Shown: positions 1 through 9,527, counted from the first letter of the stretch. The stretch: DNA of 32,418 nucleotides from a virus (IMGVR_UViG_3300048574_000474:1-32418); one strand, 5' to 3'. Notes: generated from the letters alone by a model not told the origin. A program made the numbers and translations.

Positions 1-921
1 TTAAAGACCTCGGATACCCATTAAAGCGTAAAGTTGATCCCTTAAGTTATCATAGGCGGCATATATCCCATTTCTTCGGTTTATTGGCTGTAAATTAGGA
101 TGTATTTGCAGGTCTTCTAATTCAAAATAGCCAATTAATTTATCAACAAAAAGATTTATAACCTCTTCCCTCGATCCGCCGTCATCTGTATTAACTGAGC
201 CAGTGATGCAAAGGCTGTTTTTTGTAGAACCCTTTGCATTTGGCAGCTTTTGACCAATTAGATTTAGTGATTTTATAATATCTAAGATTCTCCTTCTTAG
301 AAGTCCCCCGTTATTAAAGTCACCCTTTATTGTTACTGTTATTGATTTTGTGCCATTTAAATCACGGCCAAGAAGTGCGATGTCCTCAAGTGTTCCATGT
401 GAATAATCATGGTTTACTATCAATCTTTGAGGTGTCGCAACCTGAACAGTTAACTCTTTAATTGACGTGATATTTTCCGCACGTGTATACGCATCTTGAG
501 CAAGAATGATTGAAATCCCAATATCCCAATCCATTAGATTGGATTGCCTAGCGTTATAATTGAAAAACGTAATCAGATTTCCAACCGTTGCACCGTATCT
601 ATTATATTCAATTAAAAGAACTCTTGTTTGCTCACAATAAAGAAAGGCGTTTGGGTATGCCAATCCTTGACCATTTTCGAGAGGCACTGCCGAATAATCT
701 TCTTCTCCTGGAGTATGGGCCGGTGGTAAGTTTCTTGTTTGCGTGCACACGAATATACCCGATATCAATCGTCTGCGTTCATCACGTTCAACGTTGAATA
801 TTTCAATTTTTTTGAGACCTATCTCAACAGGTCTTCGGAAATCGGCATTTTGAAGAATAACTGAAAAATCGTAATTGTCAGGGATTCTAACATCATAACA
901 ATAAACTTTCTTTGTACTCAT
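1..921 (-). CDS. Accessory protein, DUF6731-like
   Basis: Complete 306-aa AT-rich ORF. The motif AFLY...VLLIEYNRYG resembles the DUF6731 family. Lies downstream of the repressor on the same strand. Confidence 0.6.
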   Translation of the reverse strand: MSTKKVYCYDVRIPDNYDFSVILQNADFRRPVEIGLKKIEIFNVERDERRRLISGIFVCTQTRNLPPAHTPGEEDYSAVPLENGQGLAYPNAFLYCEQTRVLLIEYNRYGATVGNLITFFNYNARQSNLMDWDIGISIILAQDAYTRAENITSIKELTVQVATPQRLIVNHDYSHGTLEDIALLGRDLNGTKSITVTIKGDFNNGGLLRRRILDIIKSLNLIGQKLPNAKGSTKNSLCITGSVNTDDGGSREEVINLFVDKLIGYFELEDLQIHPNLQPINRRNGIYAAYDNLRDQLYALMGIRGL

Positions 922-944
922 GGATATGAAGCTTAACGATTAAC

Positions 945-1157
945 TTATTTCTTCCCTGGTATACTACAATTAGTAATGCCTTTTCTCATGGGAACTAAAT
1001 TCCTTTTTATTACCTCATAGGATTCATCAACCGATAATGATTCTTTGTTCCGCAAGAAAATTTTGGTTCCACTTTCTATTTCAACAAATGCTGCGATTTC
1101 TTCAATATTAATTGAAGCCTTTTTTCTGTTAGCTGTCAATTCGATAAACTTTTCCAT
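945..1157 (-). CDS. Small FlbD-like protein
   Basis: 70 aa. The pattern FIELT..INIEEIAAF..TKIFL..VDESYEVIK resembles FlbD-family beta proteins. Sits in the repressor operon. Confidence 0.55.
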   Translation of the reverse strand: MEKFIELTANRKKASINIEEIAAFVEIESGTKIFLRNKESLSVDESYEVIKRNLVPMRKGITNCSIPGKK

Positions 1158-1200
1158 CGTATCACATTTTAGTACAGACTTACTTTCATTCCAAACCCGA

Positions 1201-1620
1201 TCACCCTACATTGGCACATTCGGCACCCGCCTCGGGGGCAACGGATGCATTTCTCTTTTCATCCAGTTCCCTTTCAAGGCGTTCAATTGTTTTTTGCTGA
1301 CTTCTAATTATCTCAGATTGCTCTTCAATTATTTTCAGGCAGTGCTTTTTGTCTTCTTTTAACTCACGGATATACTCGTTTTCGTCATTGATTGCTATTG
1401 GATTTGGTTTTGAATTCTTAAGCATTTCCCCATCACCGGTTAAAAGCCATTCAATATTCAATTCGGGGTATTTCAAGGCAATTCTTTGAACCTTGTCTTG
1501 TTGGATAGATTTTCTAATGGACGATATATATGCATTAGAAACTCCAATCTGTCTACAAAATTCAGATTTAGATATTTCTAACGACTTAATGAATAATGTA
1601 ATTCTTTCTTTAACTGCCAT
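1201..1620 (-). CDS. CI-like XRE HTH phage repressor, no S24 peptidase domain
   Basis: HTH segment ISKSEFCRQIGVSNAYI, motif LNIEWLLTGDGEM, C-terminal coiled coil. Divergent from a Cro-like gene. Confidence 0.88.
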   Translation of the reverse strand: MAVKERITLFIKSLEISKSEFCRQIGVSNAYISSIRKSIQQDKVQRIALKYPELNIEWLLTGDGEMLKNSKPNPIAINDENEYIRELKEDKKHCLKIIEEQSEIIRSQQKTIERLERELDEKRNASVAPEAGAECANVG

Positions 1621-1665
1621 TTATAATAAATATTTCTAAGATGCCTTAAAATTGCCTTGAATAAT

Positions 1666-1696
1666 TTTGATAAATCAAAGCAATGCTTTAAGTTTG
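1666..1696 (+). promoter_or_regulatory. Early rightward promoter overlapping an operator-like palindrome
   Basis: TTTG (1666-1669), 19-nt spacer, TAAGTTTG (1689-1696). The palindrome TCAAAGCAATGCTTTAA (1675-1691) covers the spacer. Confidence 0.7.
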
Positions 1697-1724
1697 CACG
1701 GTGTCAGTTATTGCTGACATATTG

Positions 1725-1732
1725 CAAATATA
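1725..1732 (-). promoter_or_regulatory. Putative -7 box of the leftward (repressor) promoter
   Basis: TATATTTG on the minus strand, facing the rightward promoter. No clear -33 box. Confidence 0.4.
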
Positions 1733-1780
1733 ATGATTATTAGAATCATAAAAATTATTGACAAACAAAACTTTAACAAA

Positions 1781-1996
1781 ATGGCATTGAAGGAGTATTA
1801 CGATGGATTAAAGACAAAACCGGCACCCGCGGATGACTTTAGGAAAAAAATAGCCGATGCTTGTGGGGTTAGTGAAAAATCGGTCTATCGTTGGTTGTCA
1901 GGTGAAATTATTCCGGATAAGTTGAAGCGCAAAGCGATTGCTTCAGTGGCAGGAGTAGGTGAGGAAGAGCTTTTTCCAACTCAAATCAACGATTGA
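1781..1996 (+). CDS. Cro-like HTH protein
   Basis: HTH segment KIADACGVSEKSVYRWLSGE. ATG at 1781 follows an A-rich leader. Divergent from the repressor. Confidence 0.85.
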   Translation: MALKEYYDGLKTKPAPADDFRKKIADACGVSEKSVYRWLSGEIIPDKLKRKAIASVAGVGEEELFPTQIND

Positions 1997-1997
1997 A

Positions 1998-2561
1998 ATG
2001 GAACTCCACAACTTTGAATTTTATGGAACCACAGTTGGCCAGGTGATGATATCAAGTGCTGATTCATCTCTAAAAGTTTATGAACAAACCGATCGTGAGT
2101 TTACTGTTGCAATGATTGAAAGGATAAGTGAATTCTATCCCGAAGCAATGGTGGCATTAAGCAAGACATATGAGAGTAGCCGGCAGAATCTTCACTATTA
2201 TGAGTATTTGATTGTCCATCGTTTCATACGGTGCAACTTCAATGAATATGATTCACGTGCAGACATTGATTCACGTGGATGTTTCAGGTTTGAATTTGTC
2301 TCTTGCCCACTCCGTGGAGAGTGCAAATACTGCAATATAATTTGTAATCCCTCCTTTAATGCAAAGCTATCCCCCAGGGAGCAAGATGTAATGAAATTAT
2401 ACTATCAGGGACTTGGTGTTGAGGAAATCTCGGAGCGGTTATTTATTTCCATGGTGACGGTGAAGAAGCATAAGAGAAATGCCCTCGAGCGATTGAAAAT
2501 GCATTCTCTGAATGAGTTTCTTACCTATGCCAACAAGAATAGACTATTTGAAAACGAATAA
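1998..2561 (+). CDS. Regulator with C-terminal LuxR-type HTH and a Cys-rich middle region
   Basis: LSPREQDVMKL..GLGVEEISERLFISMVTVKKH (LuxR HTH) and a CPLRGECKYCNIIC cluster. Confidence 0.85.
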   Translation: MELHNFEFYGTTVGQVMISSADSSLKVYEQTDREFTVAMIERISEFYPEAMVALSKTYESSRQNLHYYEYLIVHRFIRCNFNEYDSRADIDSRGCFRFEFVSCPLRGECKYCNIICNPSFNAKLSPREQDVMKLYYQGLGVEEISERLFISMVTVKKHKRNALERLKMHSLNEFLTYANKNRLFENE

Positions 2562-2571
2562 TACTAGTGAG

Positions 2572-2871
2572 ATGAAAAATTCGATTACTCTCGAGCGTGG
2601 AAAATGCAGAATTGAAGTAGGAAAACCGTCATCCGGAAATCTGAATTTAATCACGTATTTCAAACCCCTTGATCTCCCGATTTTCTTATGCGAATTGGAG
2701 AGTTGTAAAACTGTCGGATACCTCGCCAATATCGCATATTACGGTGAGGGTCTAGGTGGAATAAGTTTAAAACTGAATAGTAATGTCTCACTCGAAGACG
2801 TGGTTGGGGATATCATGCATGCACTCGACATTCAGATAGATAATGGGCAATCCTTTGTGGCAAATGAATAG
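2572..2871 (+). CDS. Hypothetical early protein
   Basis: ORF tightly packed in the early operon. ATG at 2572. Confidence 0.6.
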   Translation: MKNSITLERGKCRIEVGKPSSGNLNLITYFKPLDLPIFLCELESCKTVGYLANIAYYGEGLGGISLKLNSNVSLEDVVGDIMHALDIQIDNGQSFVANE

Positions 2872-3097
2872 CCTATTCTATCAAATTCTAGATTATAAGA
2901 TCAAACATCCGGAATGTTTTAAGCCTGATCGGAAATTTTACCGCTTAACGGGTATTGGCCAAAGACGATGGGGCTTGTTGCTCAGAGGAGATAAAAAACC
3001 GTCGGAGAAAGAGATTAAGAATTTCTGCGATTACATCGGATGTTCAGATTACGAGATGTTCGTGGCCAGGCAGCTCCAAATCCATTTTAAACCATAA
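2843..3097 (+). CDS. Small HTH-like hypothetical protein (alternative start 2864)
   Basis: FYRLTGIGQRRWGLLLRGDKKPS is XRE-like. Abuts the primase start. Confidence 0.6.
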   Translation: MGNPLWQMNSLFYQILDYKIKHPECFKPDRKFYRLTGIGQRRWGLLLRGDKKPSEKEIKNFCDYIGCSDYEMFVARQLQIHFKP

Positions 3098-3099
3098 GT

Positions 3100-6000
3100 A
3101 TGTTCATATCAGAAATAGATAAAGACAGGGTACTTTCTGCCTCCGCATCTAAATTGCTTGAGGTTATTGAAGACTTTGTTCCAGTACAAAAGTCCGGATC
3201 CAGTTACGTTGGTAAATGTCCATTTTGTAAGGAGGAAAGAGGCCTTTCAATTAATCCGGCTAAAGAAGTGTTTTCCTGTTTTAAATGCAATCAACTCAAA
3301 GGGAAGACACCACTTGATTTTTTGATGCGTGGGATGAACAAGACATTTCCCGAATCGATTAAGTACTTAGCGGATTTTTGTGGTATTGTTTTGGATGTTC
3401 AGCCTATCAATCGAAAAACACCCAAGCCGGTCTTGCCTGTAAAAAAATCAAAGGTCAATCCTCGTTTGGATCCGGATTCTTTTTGTTGGAGAATGCTGGC
3501 GGGATCCGGATTGGATTATAAAGATGTCAAGGCTACCATATTTCGACACGATGATAATAAAAGCATATTTGAAGAATACACGTTCGAACCTGGAACTGTT
3601 AATGATCGAGGTGAAATTATTCCTGGGGATGATGCGATAATCCGGTATTATGATTTGGATGGGATGCCACTCTTGTACGAAGTAAAGGATAGTCGGCAGC
3701 GCACAATGAAGAAGAAGGAATATTTTCGCGTTCGGTGGCAATTTGAGCACGAGCATCCGGATAAAGAGGGTAAGCCGACAAAATACAGGAGTCCATATGG
3801 ATCCGGAACGCCAATTTATATTCCACAGCGTGTCAGGGAGGCATACAAGGCAAAAAAGCGGATTGATCGACTCTTTATACAGGAAGGGGAAAAGAAGGCT
3901 GAGAAGGCCTCTAAACACGGCCTTTTGTCTGTTGCTGTTTCCGGGATTCAAAACATTGCATACAATGGTGTGCTTCCCGAGGATTTGATTCGAATTATCC
4001 AGGAATGCCAAGTAAAGGAAGTGTGTTTTCTTTTGGACTCTGATTGGAACGATCTTTCCCACAATATCAAGATAAACGATCCGGTCGATCGCCGACCGCG
4101 CGCCTTTTTCTCCGCAGTAAAAAATTACAAGGAGTACATGCGTACGCTCACCAACCGTGAGATTTATGTTGAGATTTATTTCGGGTACGTTAGATCAAAC
4201 GCTGTAGGAGATAAGGGTATTGATGACCTGCTCGCAAATTCACTTAAAGGAAATGAAAGTGCCATTATTGACGATGTAGAGCACCTGATAAATGAAAAAC
4301 ACCACACTGGTAAGTTTCTACAGCTGCACAAGATTACAAGTATCTCTGACCAAAAGCTGGAGGAGTTTTGGTCAATAAATAGCCCTAGAAAGTTTGCCCA
4401 GGCGCACTATCAAATTCTAAAGGATTTCCCTGAGTTTAAGATTGGTCGACATAAATGGCGTCTAAACGAAGTCGGTGAACTTGAAAGTGCTCAACCGCTT
4501 GAATCTGACGAGCAATACTGGGAGGAGATCCATAAGACTCGACGTGATGGTACGCCATACACTGAGTATGAGTTCCGTTATGTGCGTTGCAGACGTTTCC
4601 TTCAAAATAGAGGTTTTGGCCGATACCGACAGCTGGATGGGAAAGAGGCATTCGTTCACCTAACACCACCAACGGTCCGCATAATAGATCCGTCTGAAGC
4701 TCGCGATTTTCTTTTTGAATTTACGGAGTCTAATTGCAATGAGTCAATCAATGAAATGATCTCAAAAGGGGTGTCTCAGTATGTGGGCCCTGATAAGCTT
4801 AAGCTGCTCTCATTCATCAATCCGTCATTTCTAAAACCAGCGCGTGATCTTCAGTATTTTTACTTTACCTCAAATTGCTGGAAGGTTACTATTGATGACA
4901 TAATTGAGTCTGATTATACGCAGATTCGCCACCAAATATGGAGTGATCAAAAAAAAGATTTCCCGGCCAAGAAACTCCCTCAACTTATTGATATCTGGCA
5001 GGACGCATCCGGGGCATTCTCCTACTCCATTAGTCCGGAAGGACAAAAGTGTCACTTTCTTCGATTCCTTGAGAATGCTTCAAATTTCACATGGAGAAAG
5101 GAAAAGATGATCCGCGAAGGTTATGCATCGGTGTCAATCACGGACGAAGAACGCCAGGAAAACATCGTGCATTTTATTTCAAAGCTGTGCTCGATTGGTT
5201 ACTTATTGATTGAATGCAAAGATCCATCAACCGCCAAGGCTGTTGTTGCCATGGATGGAAAGCAATCAACGGTTGGTGAATCCAATGGCCGCTCCGGAAA
5301 GTCTTTGGTTGGAGAAATGCTTAAGTGTGTTCGAAAAGTTGCAAGCATCAATGGAAAAAAACGAGATATGGATTCTGACAACTTCCTATGGAACGATGTG
5401 GAAGAAGATACCAGGATCGTTTTCATTGACGATGTTCGGCAGGGGTACGTTTTCGAAGATCTGTTTTTCTGCATAACGGGTGACTGGACTGTTAATAAGA
5501 AAGGAGGCCTTCGCATGACCATTCCTTTTGAACTCTCACCAAAGATTTATTTAACCACAAATCACGCACTTAGAGGAGATGGTTCTTCACATAAGGACCG
5601 GCAATGGTTGATCGCCTTTTCTGATTACTACAACGACAAGCACAAACCTATTGATGATTTTGGATTGAGATTTTTCTCGGATTGGGACTTTGATCAGTGG
5701 AACCTCTGTTGGAATATGCTTGCCATGTGCATACAGACTTATTTGATCTATGGTGTAGTGGAGGCTCCAGGTGAGAGATTGGAGCAAAGACAACTCCGGC
5801 AGGAAATTACCGAGGATTTTATTGCATGGGCGGATGAGTATTTCTCCGACTCTGAAAAACGGAACAATAAGATACCCCGAAAGGATCTCACGGATAAGTT
5901 CTTTGAATATGCACCATTGCAACGCAAGTACATCACGGCCACAGAGTTTAAAAAGAAGATTGTCAAGTACTGTAAATGGAAGGGTTATGTATTCAATCCT

Positions 6001-6159
6001 CAGCGCTTTGATCGGGTAACGGGTAATCCTATATACTTCGATGCGGATGGCCGACCGGACATTGACGACAAATCCGGAGGGGTAGAGTATTTCACGATTG
6101 GTGATGCCGATTTTGAAAAATTAAAAGATGATTTGATAAGTGATGAAGGGCCATTTTAA
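3100..6159 (+). CDS. Phage primase-helicase (zinc finger, TOPRIM, P-loop NTPase)
   Basis: CPFC..CFKC zinc finger; FIQEGEKKA and LLDSD TOPRIM motifs; Walker A GRSGKS; Walker B IVFIDD; SF3-like LTTN. Confidence 0.9.
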   Translation: MFISEIDKDRVLSASASKLLEVIEDFVPVQKSGSSYVGKCPFCKEERGLSINPAKEVFSCFKCNQLKGKTPLDFLMRGMNKTFPESIKYLADFCGIVLDVQPINRKTPKPVLPVKKSKVNPRLDPDSFCWRMLAGSGLDYKDVKATIFRHDDNKSIFEEYTFEPGTVNDRGEIIPGDDAIIRYYDLDGMPLLYEVKDSRQRTMKKKEYFRVRWQFEHEHPDKEGKPTKYRSPYGSGTPIYIPQRVREAYKAKKRIDRLFIQEGEKKAEKASKHGLLSVAVSGIQNIAYNGVLPEDLIRIIQECQVKEVCFLLDSDWNDLSHNIKINDPVDRRPRAFFSAVKNYKEYMRTLTNREIYVEIYFGYVRSNAVGDKGIDDLLANSLKGNESAIIDDVEHLINEKHHTGKFLQLHKITSISDQKLEEFWSINSPRKFAQAHYQILKDFPEFKIGRHKWRLNEVGELESAQPLESDEQYWEEIHKTRRDGTPYTEYEFRYVRCRRFLQNRGFGRYRQLDGKEAFVHLTPPTVRIIDPSEARDFLFEFTESNCNESINEMISKGVSQYVGPDKLKLLSFINPSFLKPARDLQYFYFTSNCWKVTIDDIIESDYTQIRHQIWSDQKKDFPAKKLPQLIDIWQDASGAFSYSISPEGQKCHFLRFLENASNFTWRKEKMIREGYASVSITDEERQENIVHFISKLCSIGYLLIECKDPSTAKAVVAMDGKQSTVGESNGRSGKSLVGEMLKCVRKVASINGKKRDMDSDNFLWNDVEEDTRIVFIDDVRQGYVFEDLFFCITGDWTVNKKGGLRMTIPFELSPKIYLTTNHALRGDGSSHKDRQWLIAFSDYYNDKHKPIDDFGLRFFSDWDFDQWNLCWNMLAMCIQTYLIYGVVEAPGERLEQRQLRQEITEDFIAWADEYFSDSEKRNNKIPRKDLTDKFFEYAPLQRKYITATEFKKKIVKYCKWKGYVFNPQRFDRVTGNPIYFDADGRPDIDDKSGGVEYFTIGDADFEKLKDDLISDEGPF

Positions 6160-6168
6160 ACGGATATC

Positions 6169-6516
6169 ATGGATTTAAGCAATTATACGCTACGGTCACT
6201 ATCAGAGATTGATTTGATTCGTAAGAAAGCTGGAGAAAAGCGATTTGATTCATTTAAAGAAACCGCCTACAATGTATTCCGTAGTTTGAAGCCTGGTGAG
6301 TCGTATTCTGTAGAAGATAATGTTTCAGTCAAGAATCGACCAATTTTCATCAAACTCGCATGCTTGTACATCCTTCAAACCGGATGGGAATGTAACATAG
6401 ATATCGTAGGTTACGATTCGAATATGATCAAAGGGGTGATCACCCATACCAAATTTTTCCAAGAAAGAGCCGAATACCAAATAAAGAGAGAGTTGATTAA
6501 AGCACGAAGGAAATGA
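6169..6516 (+). CDS. Hypothetical protein
   Basis: 115-aa ORF in the operon, ATGA overlap with the next gene. Confidence 0.7.
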   Translation: MDLSNYTLRSLSEIDLIRKKAGEKRFDSFKETAYNVFRSLKPGESYSVEDNVSVKNRPIFIKLACLYILQTGWECNIDIVGYDSNMIKGVITHTKFFQERAEYQIKRELIKARRK

Positions 6517-6836
6517 GAAAAGAAAACAAAATTGTAGTAGTCGTGGACCCGGATCCTGAAGCTCGTAGGCAGATGATAGCTCGCATCGCCATAAAAATGG
6601 GTTTTGCGCGAACGGTAAGCGATGCGATGAAAATCATCCAGGTCTCACCGTTTGATTATGATCTCTCGTTGGCCTATTTTGTGTTGGCCGGTACATTCGA
6701 TTTTAAAAGTAGCCCGATTGTTACGCAAAAACTATTCGAGATGGCTTCTAAAGGTCAGGCCGTTGTCGTTGGTTCAAAGAGGCTACCGAGAGAATACGAG
6801 TTTTTCTGCAACGCTTATTTCAAAGAAGATTTTTGA
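6513..6836 (+). CDS. Hypothetical alpha/beta protein
   Basis: 107-aa ORF, translationally coupled to the upstream gene. Confidence 0.7.
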   Translation: MRKENKIVVVVDPDPEARRQMIARIAIKMGFARTVSDAMKIIQVSPFDYDLSLAYFVLAGTFDFKSSPIVTQKLFEMASKGQAVVVGSKRLPREYEFFCNAYFKEDF

Positions 6837-6837
6837 T

Positions 6838-7017
6838 ATGAACTGCGAAATTGACGGAGCAAAGATGTCACGAGTTAAAACGACAAGCGACAGCATTACC
6901 ACTCCGGATCTATTTGTTTACATATGCCCAACATGTGGATATGCGACAATTAAGGAGACCTCGCATGACCGGGCGGTGAGAAATGGTAAAAGAACGAATA
7001 GTTTTTCCAAGTATTAA
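6838..7017 (+). CDS. Small zinc-ribbon-like protein
   Basis: ATG 1 nt after the upstream stop. CEID..CPTCG motif. Confidence 0.45.
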   Translation: MNCEIDGAKMSRVKTTSDSITTPDLFVYICPTCGYATIKETSHDRAVRNGKRTNSFSKY

Positions 7018-7035
7018 TAACCTAAAAAGTAAAAG

Positions 7036-7335
7036 ATGGATTTATCTAATTATCCTTTTCCAAAAGTGACAGACGTCGATATAGCATTCTGCACTTTCAA
7101 TACGCCAAAAGAGTTGCTAGAAGAGGCGGAAAAGCGGCAGCCTAGAATGGGAATGAAGAAGTTCTGCGAACTTTTCTACCATGGTGGTAAAGTTGAATTG
7201 AAGGAAGACGTACCTGGAACATGGAAAGAAAACGCCTTCTTGTATGCTCGCGCACTAATGGGCTCATTCGCGCCGAAGCATGAACATAAAGAACTGGTTG
7301 TTGGAATGATATTTGAAGAATGCCTTATCCTCTGA
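7036..7335 (+). CDS. Hypothetical phage protein
   Basis: 99 aa with an SFAPKHEHK motif and an A-rich leader. Confidence 0.7.
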   Translation: MDLSNYPFPKVTDVDIAFCTFNTPKELLEEAEKRQPRMGMKKFCELFYHGGKVELKEDVPGTWKENAFLYARALMGSFAPKHEHKELVVGMIFEECLIL

Positions 7336-7349
7336 AAATAGTAGTCAAG

Positions 7350-7769
7350 ATGAAAAACGAAATCTTAGACATCACCCAAAAAATATTCCACAATCATCTT
7401 ACACCGGAATATGGAACAACATTTATTATGGATTTATGGGGTGAAAATAAAACCAATGAGAATCTTTGTCGTGTGGCAGCGATTAACTCTGAAACGCTAG
7501 AAGCACTTGGGTACAAACGTCAAGAATGGACGGATAAAAATAGTCCACGTGGTGGCTTTTACGACATGAAGCATGTCATTTACTCTAAGAAATTGAATGG
7601 TAATTTTTCGATTTCCATTGTGTATTTCTATACCGCTGATATTCCCGATAATTTCTCACTTAAAAAGCATTATGCGGAATTGGAAGGAGTGGCTGGCTCT
7701 AGTTTACCATTACCACTTGATATCGATCACATCGAGCGGGTATATAAGATGCTTCTAATGGGCGTTTAG
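7350..7769 (+). CDS. Hypothetical protein
   Basis: Last ORF before a terminator. ATG at 7350. Confidence 0.65.
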   Translation: MKNEILDITQKIFHNHLTPEYGTTFIMDLWGENKTNENLCRVAAINSETLEALGYKRQEWTDKNSPRGGFYDMKHVIYSKKLNGNFSISIVYFYTADIPDNFSLKKHYAELEGVAGSSLPLPLDIDHIERVYKMLLMGV

Positions 7770-7789
7770 TCCATACTTAATCAATCATT

Positions 7790-7821
7790 AAAAAGCCTTC
7801 CTTGATCCAGGAGGGCTTTTT
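7790..7821 (+). terminator. Intrinsic terminator of the early operon, probably bidirectional
   Basis: AAAAAGCCTTCCT-TGATCC-AGGAGGGCTTTTT. Confidence 0.8.
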
Positions 7822-7839
7822 GCGTTTATACTCCTGGCG

Positions 7840-8340
7840 TTGTACGCAAGCATTCATATTGATATAAGCCGTATGGTGTATCCTTGTTCTTTTTCACGTT
7901 GCGTTTCCCCCCGCCCCCCTTTTGAGAAATTGCACGTTTTGGTACAAAAAGACGCATGGAGGGGGAGCGGGGGAGGATTGTGTTAATCGGATTGGATTTT
8001 CATAATTATTTGACATATAGATATATAATATCTCTTTTTTTATATTTTCATTTATTGAAATATACCCAACCCAAAAAATAGGATAAGAATTGTACTTTCG
8101 TACAAATGTGTAAAAATATGCATTTAAAATTCAGAAAATCAATAAATTAATATCTGCACGATTTTAGTACGAATTTGTTCCAGCTGTACAAAAATGCATT
8201 TTGTACAGTTTTGTACGAGGTTTGATTTCTAAATTGTAAATTATCGAAAAATAGTACGGATTTAATCGGCTTATATAGAGATTTTTATGTTTGTATTTAT
8301 TTCGAGGTGCACTCAAGCACAGAATTTTGTACAGAATAGC
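7840..8340. other. Putative replication origin
   Basis: Noncoding AT-rich tract after the primase operon, with 10 GTAC cores, a near-palindrome at 8184-8208, a C-tract/G-tract inverted repeat at 7907-7976 and an IHF-like site at 8137-8149. Confidence 0.5.
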
Positions 8341-8455
8341 TAGGGTCTATCTGCAAAAGGGGATTTTATACTGAAAAATGTTTTATGATATTTGTCTTAT
8401 TGTGTTGATTATCTGATGTGTATTCATTAACTTTAAGGTTAAAACACCCTTTGAA

Positions 8456-8953
8456 ATGGAAAAGCCGACCGTTACAATTGACCTTGAGAAACACTTGCAC
8501 GATTTTTTGTTGCATGAATTCAAAACAGACGATACCGGTTCGATAATTTTGACGAAGCGAAGTGATATCGGTATGTACATTGATTCTATGTGGACCATCG
8601 CAAAGCAGCCCACCGAAGTTAGACCAATGTCGCACCCGGTAAAATTACTTTTGCCGGTATCCGAACACAATCACTACATTTTCAAAAATCACTTTATCCA
8701 TGTTCCGGCATGGAAAGAAACAATGATCAACCAATATCTTGAGTCGGAGTTTCGCCGTCGACTACGTGATTATTTTTCCATCGGATATGAAAAAGGTTTT
8801 TGCCAAAAAGACATCATTGAATCGTTTTTGGTGCAGTATGGTATGAAGAATAATGCCATAAACTTTGACCAAATAAAGAAATACGACTACAGAAGTCGAA
8901 AAAGTCTTAAAAAATCAATTGCAAAAGATATTCAAGACGCTTTAGTTCAATGA
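8456..8953 (+). CDS. Hypothetical protein, candidate late transcription activator
   Basis: 165 aa with a basic helical C-terminus, located between the early and late modules. Function inferred from position only. Confidence 0.6.
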   Translation: MEKPTVTIDLEKHLHDFLLHEFKTDDTGSIILTKRSDIGMYIDSMWTIAKQPTEVRPMSHPVKLLLPVSEHNHYIFKNHFIHVPAWKETMINQYLESEFRRRLRDYFSIGYEKGFCQKDIIESFLVQYGMKNNAINFDQIKKYDYRSRKSLKKSIAKDIQDALVQ

Positions 8954-9041
8954 GTTGAATATTCAAATAAAAATAAGCTAATTAATTGTTGCTTATTTTG
9001 TGTTTTTATTACTGAAATATTTAAGTAAATACCTCACTGTC

Positions 9042-9467
9042 ATGTTACAAGTAAAGGATAATGGTTCTAAGAGAGCAATAATTTGCGGTGTTGATTATGT
9101 TTTAAATTCAATGGCGACCGTAAAAGATTATCCTGGTAGTATCATTATGGTTTTAGTTTCCGAATGGATTCCCATACGTTTTTCTTCCGCATCGTTCACT
9201 GAATCTGATGATACGAATGGTGAAATGGTAAGCCAGGAACTAAGCATCGAATTGAAAGGAATGGATCCGAATTCCGAAAAAGATATTCGTGAAATCATCG
9301 GTCAGGCTGTTTTGATTAGATTAAAGTATAATTCGGGGGTGTATAAATTGGTGGGAACGGAAGAAAATCCGGTTATTCTGAGCCATCACACGAACACTTC
9401 TGCAACATCATTGAACTTGGTTTCTAAGCGTAACTCAGCCGAAAAAGCAAAATATCTATACCTCTAA
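9042..9467 (+). CDS. Hypothetical protein, possibly virion-associated
   Basis: Beta-rich ORF directly before the head protease. LVGTEENPV motif. Confidence 0.65.
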   Translation: MLQVKDNGSKRAIICGVDYVLNSMATVKDYPGSIIMVLVSEWIPIRFSSASFTESDDTNGEMVSQELSIELKGMDPNSEKDIREIIGQAVLIRLKYNSGVYKLVGTEENPVILSHHTNTSATSLNLVSKRNSAEKAKYLYL

Positions 9468-9468
9468 A

Positions 9469-9503
9469 GTCCTTTATCAAGGTGGTATTCCTTGGTAGCA
9501 TTG
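9469..9503 (+). promoter_or_regulatory. Late promoter motif, copy 1
   Basis: GTCCTTT-N20-TAGCATTG upstream of the S49 protease. Confidence 0.6.
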
Positions 9504-9527
9504 TACTGTCAATAACAGTACCTATCA

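Noticed and set aside
3448-6019. Many short overlapping or antisense ORFs inside the primase (likewise inside capsid, terL and tape measure)
   Set aside because: These are shadow frames of long coding genes with no recognisable motifs.
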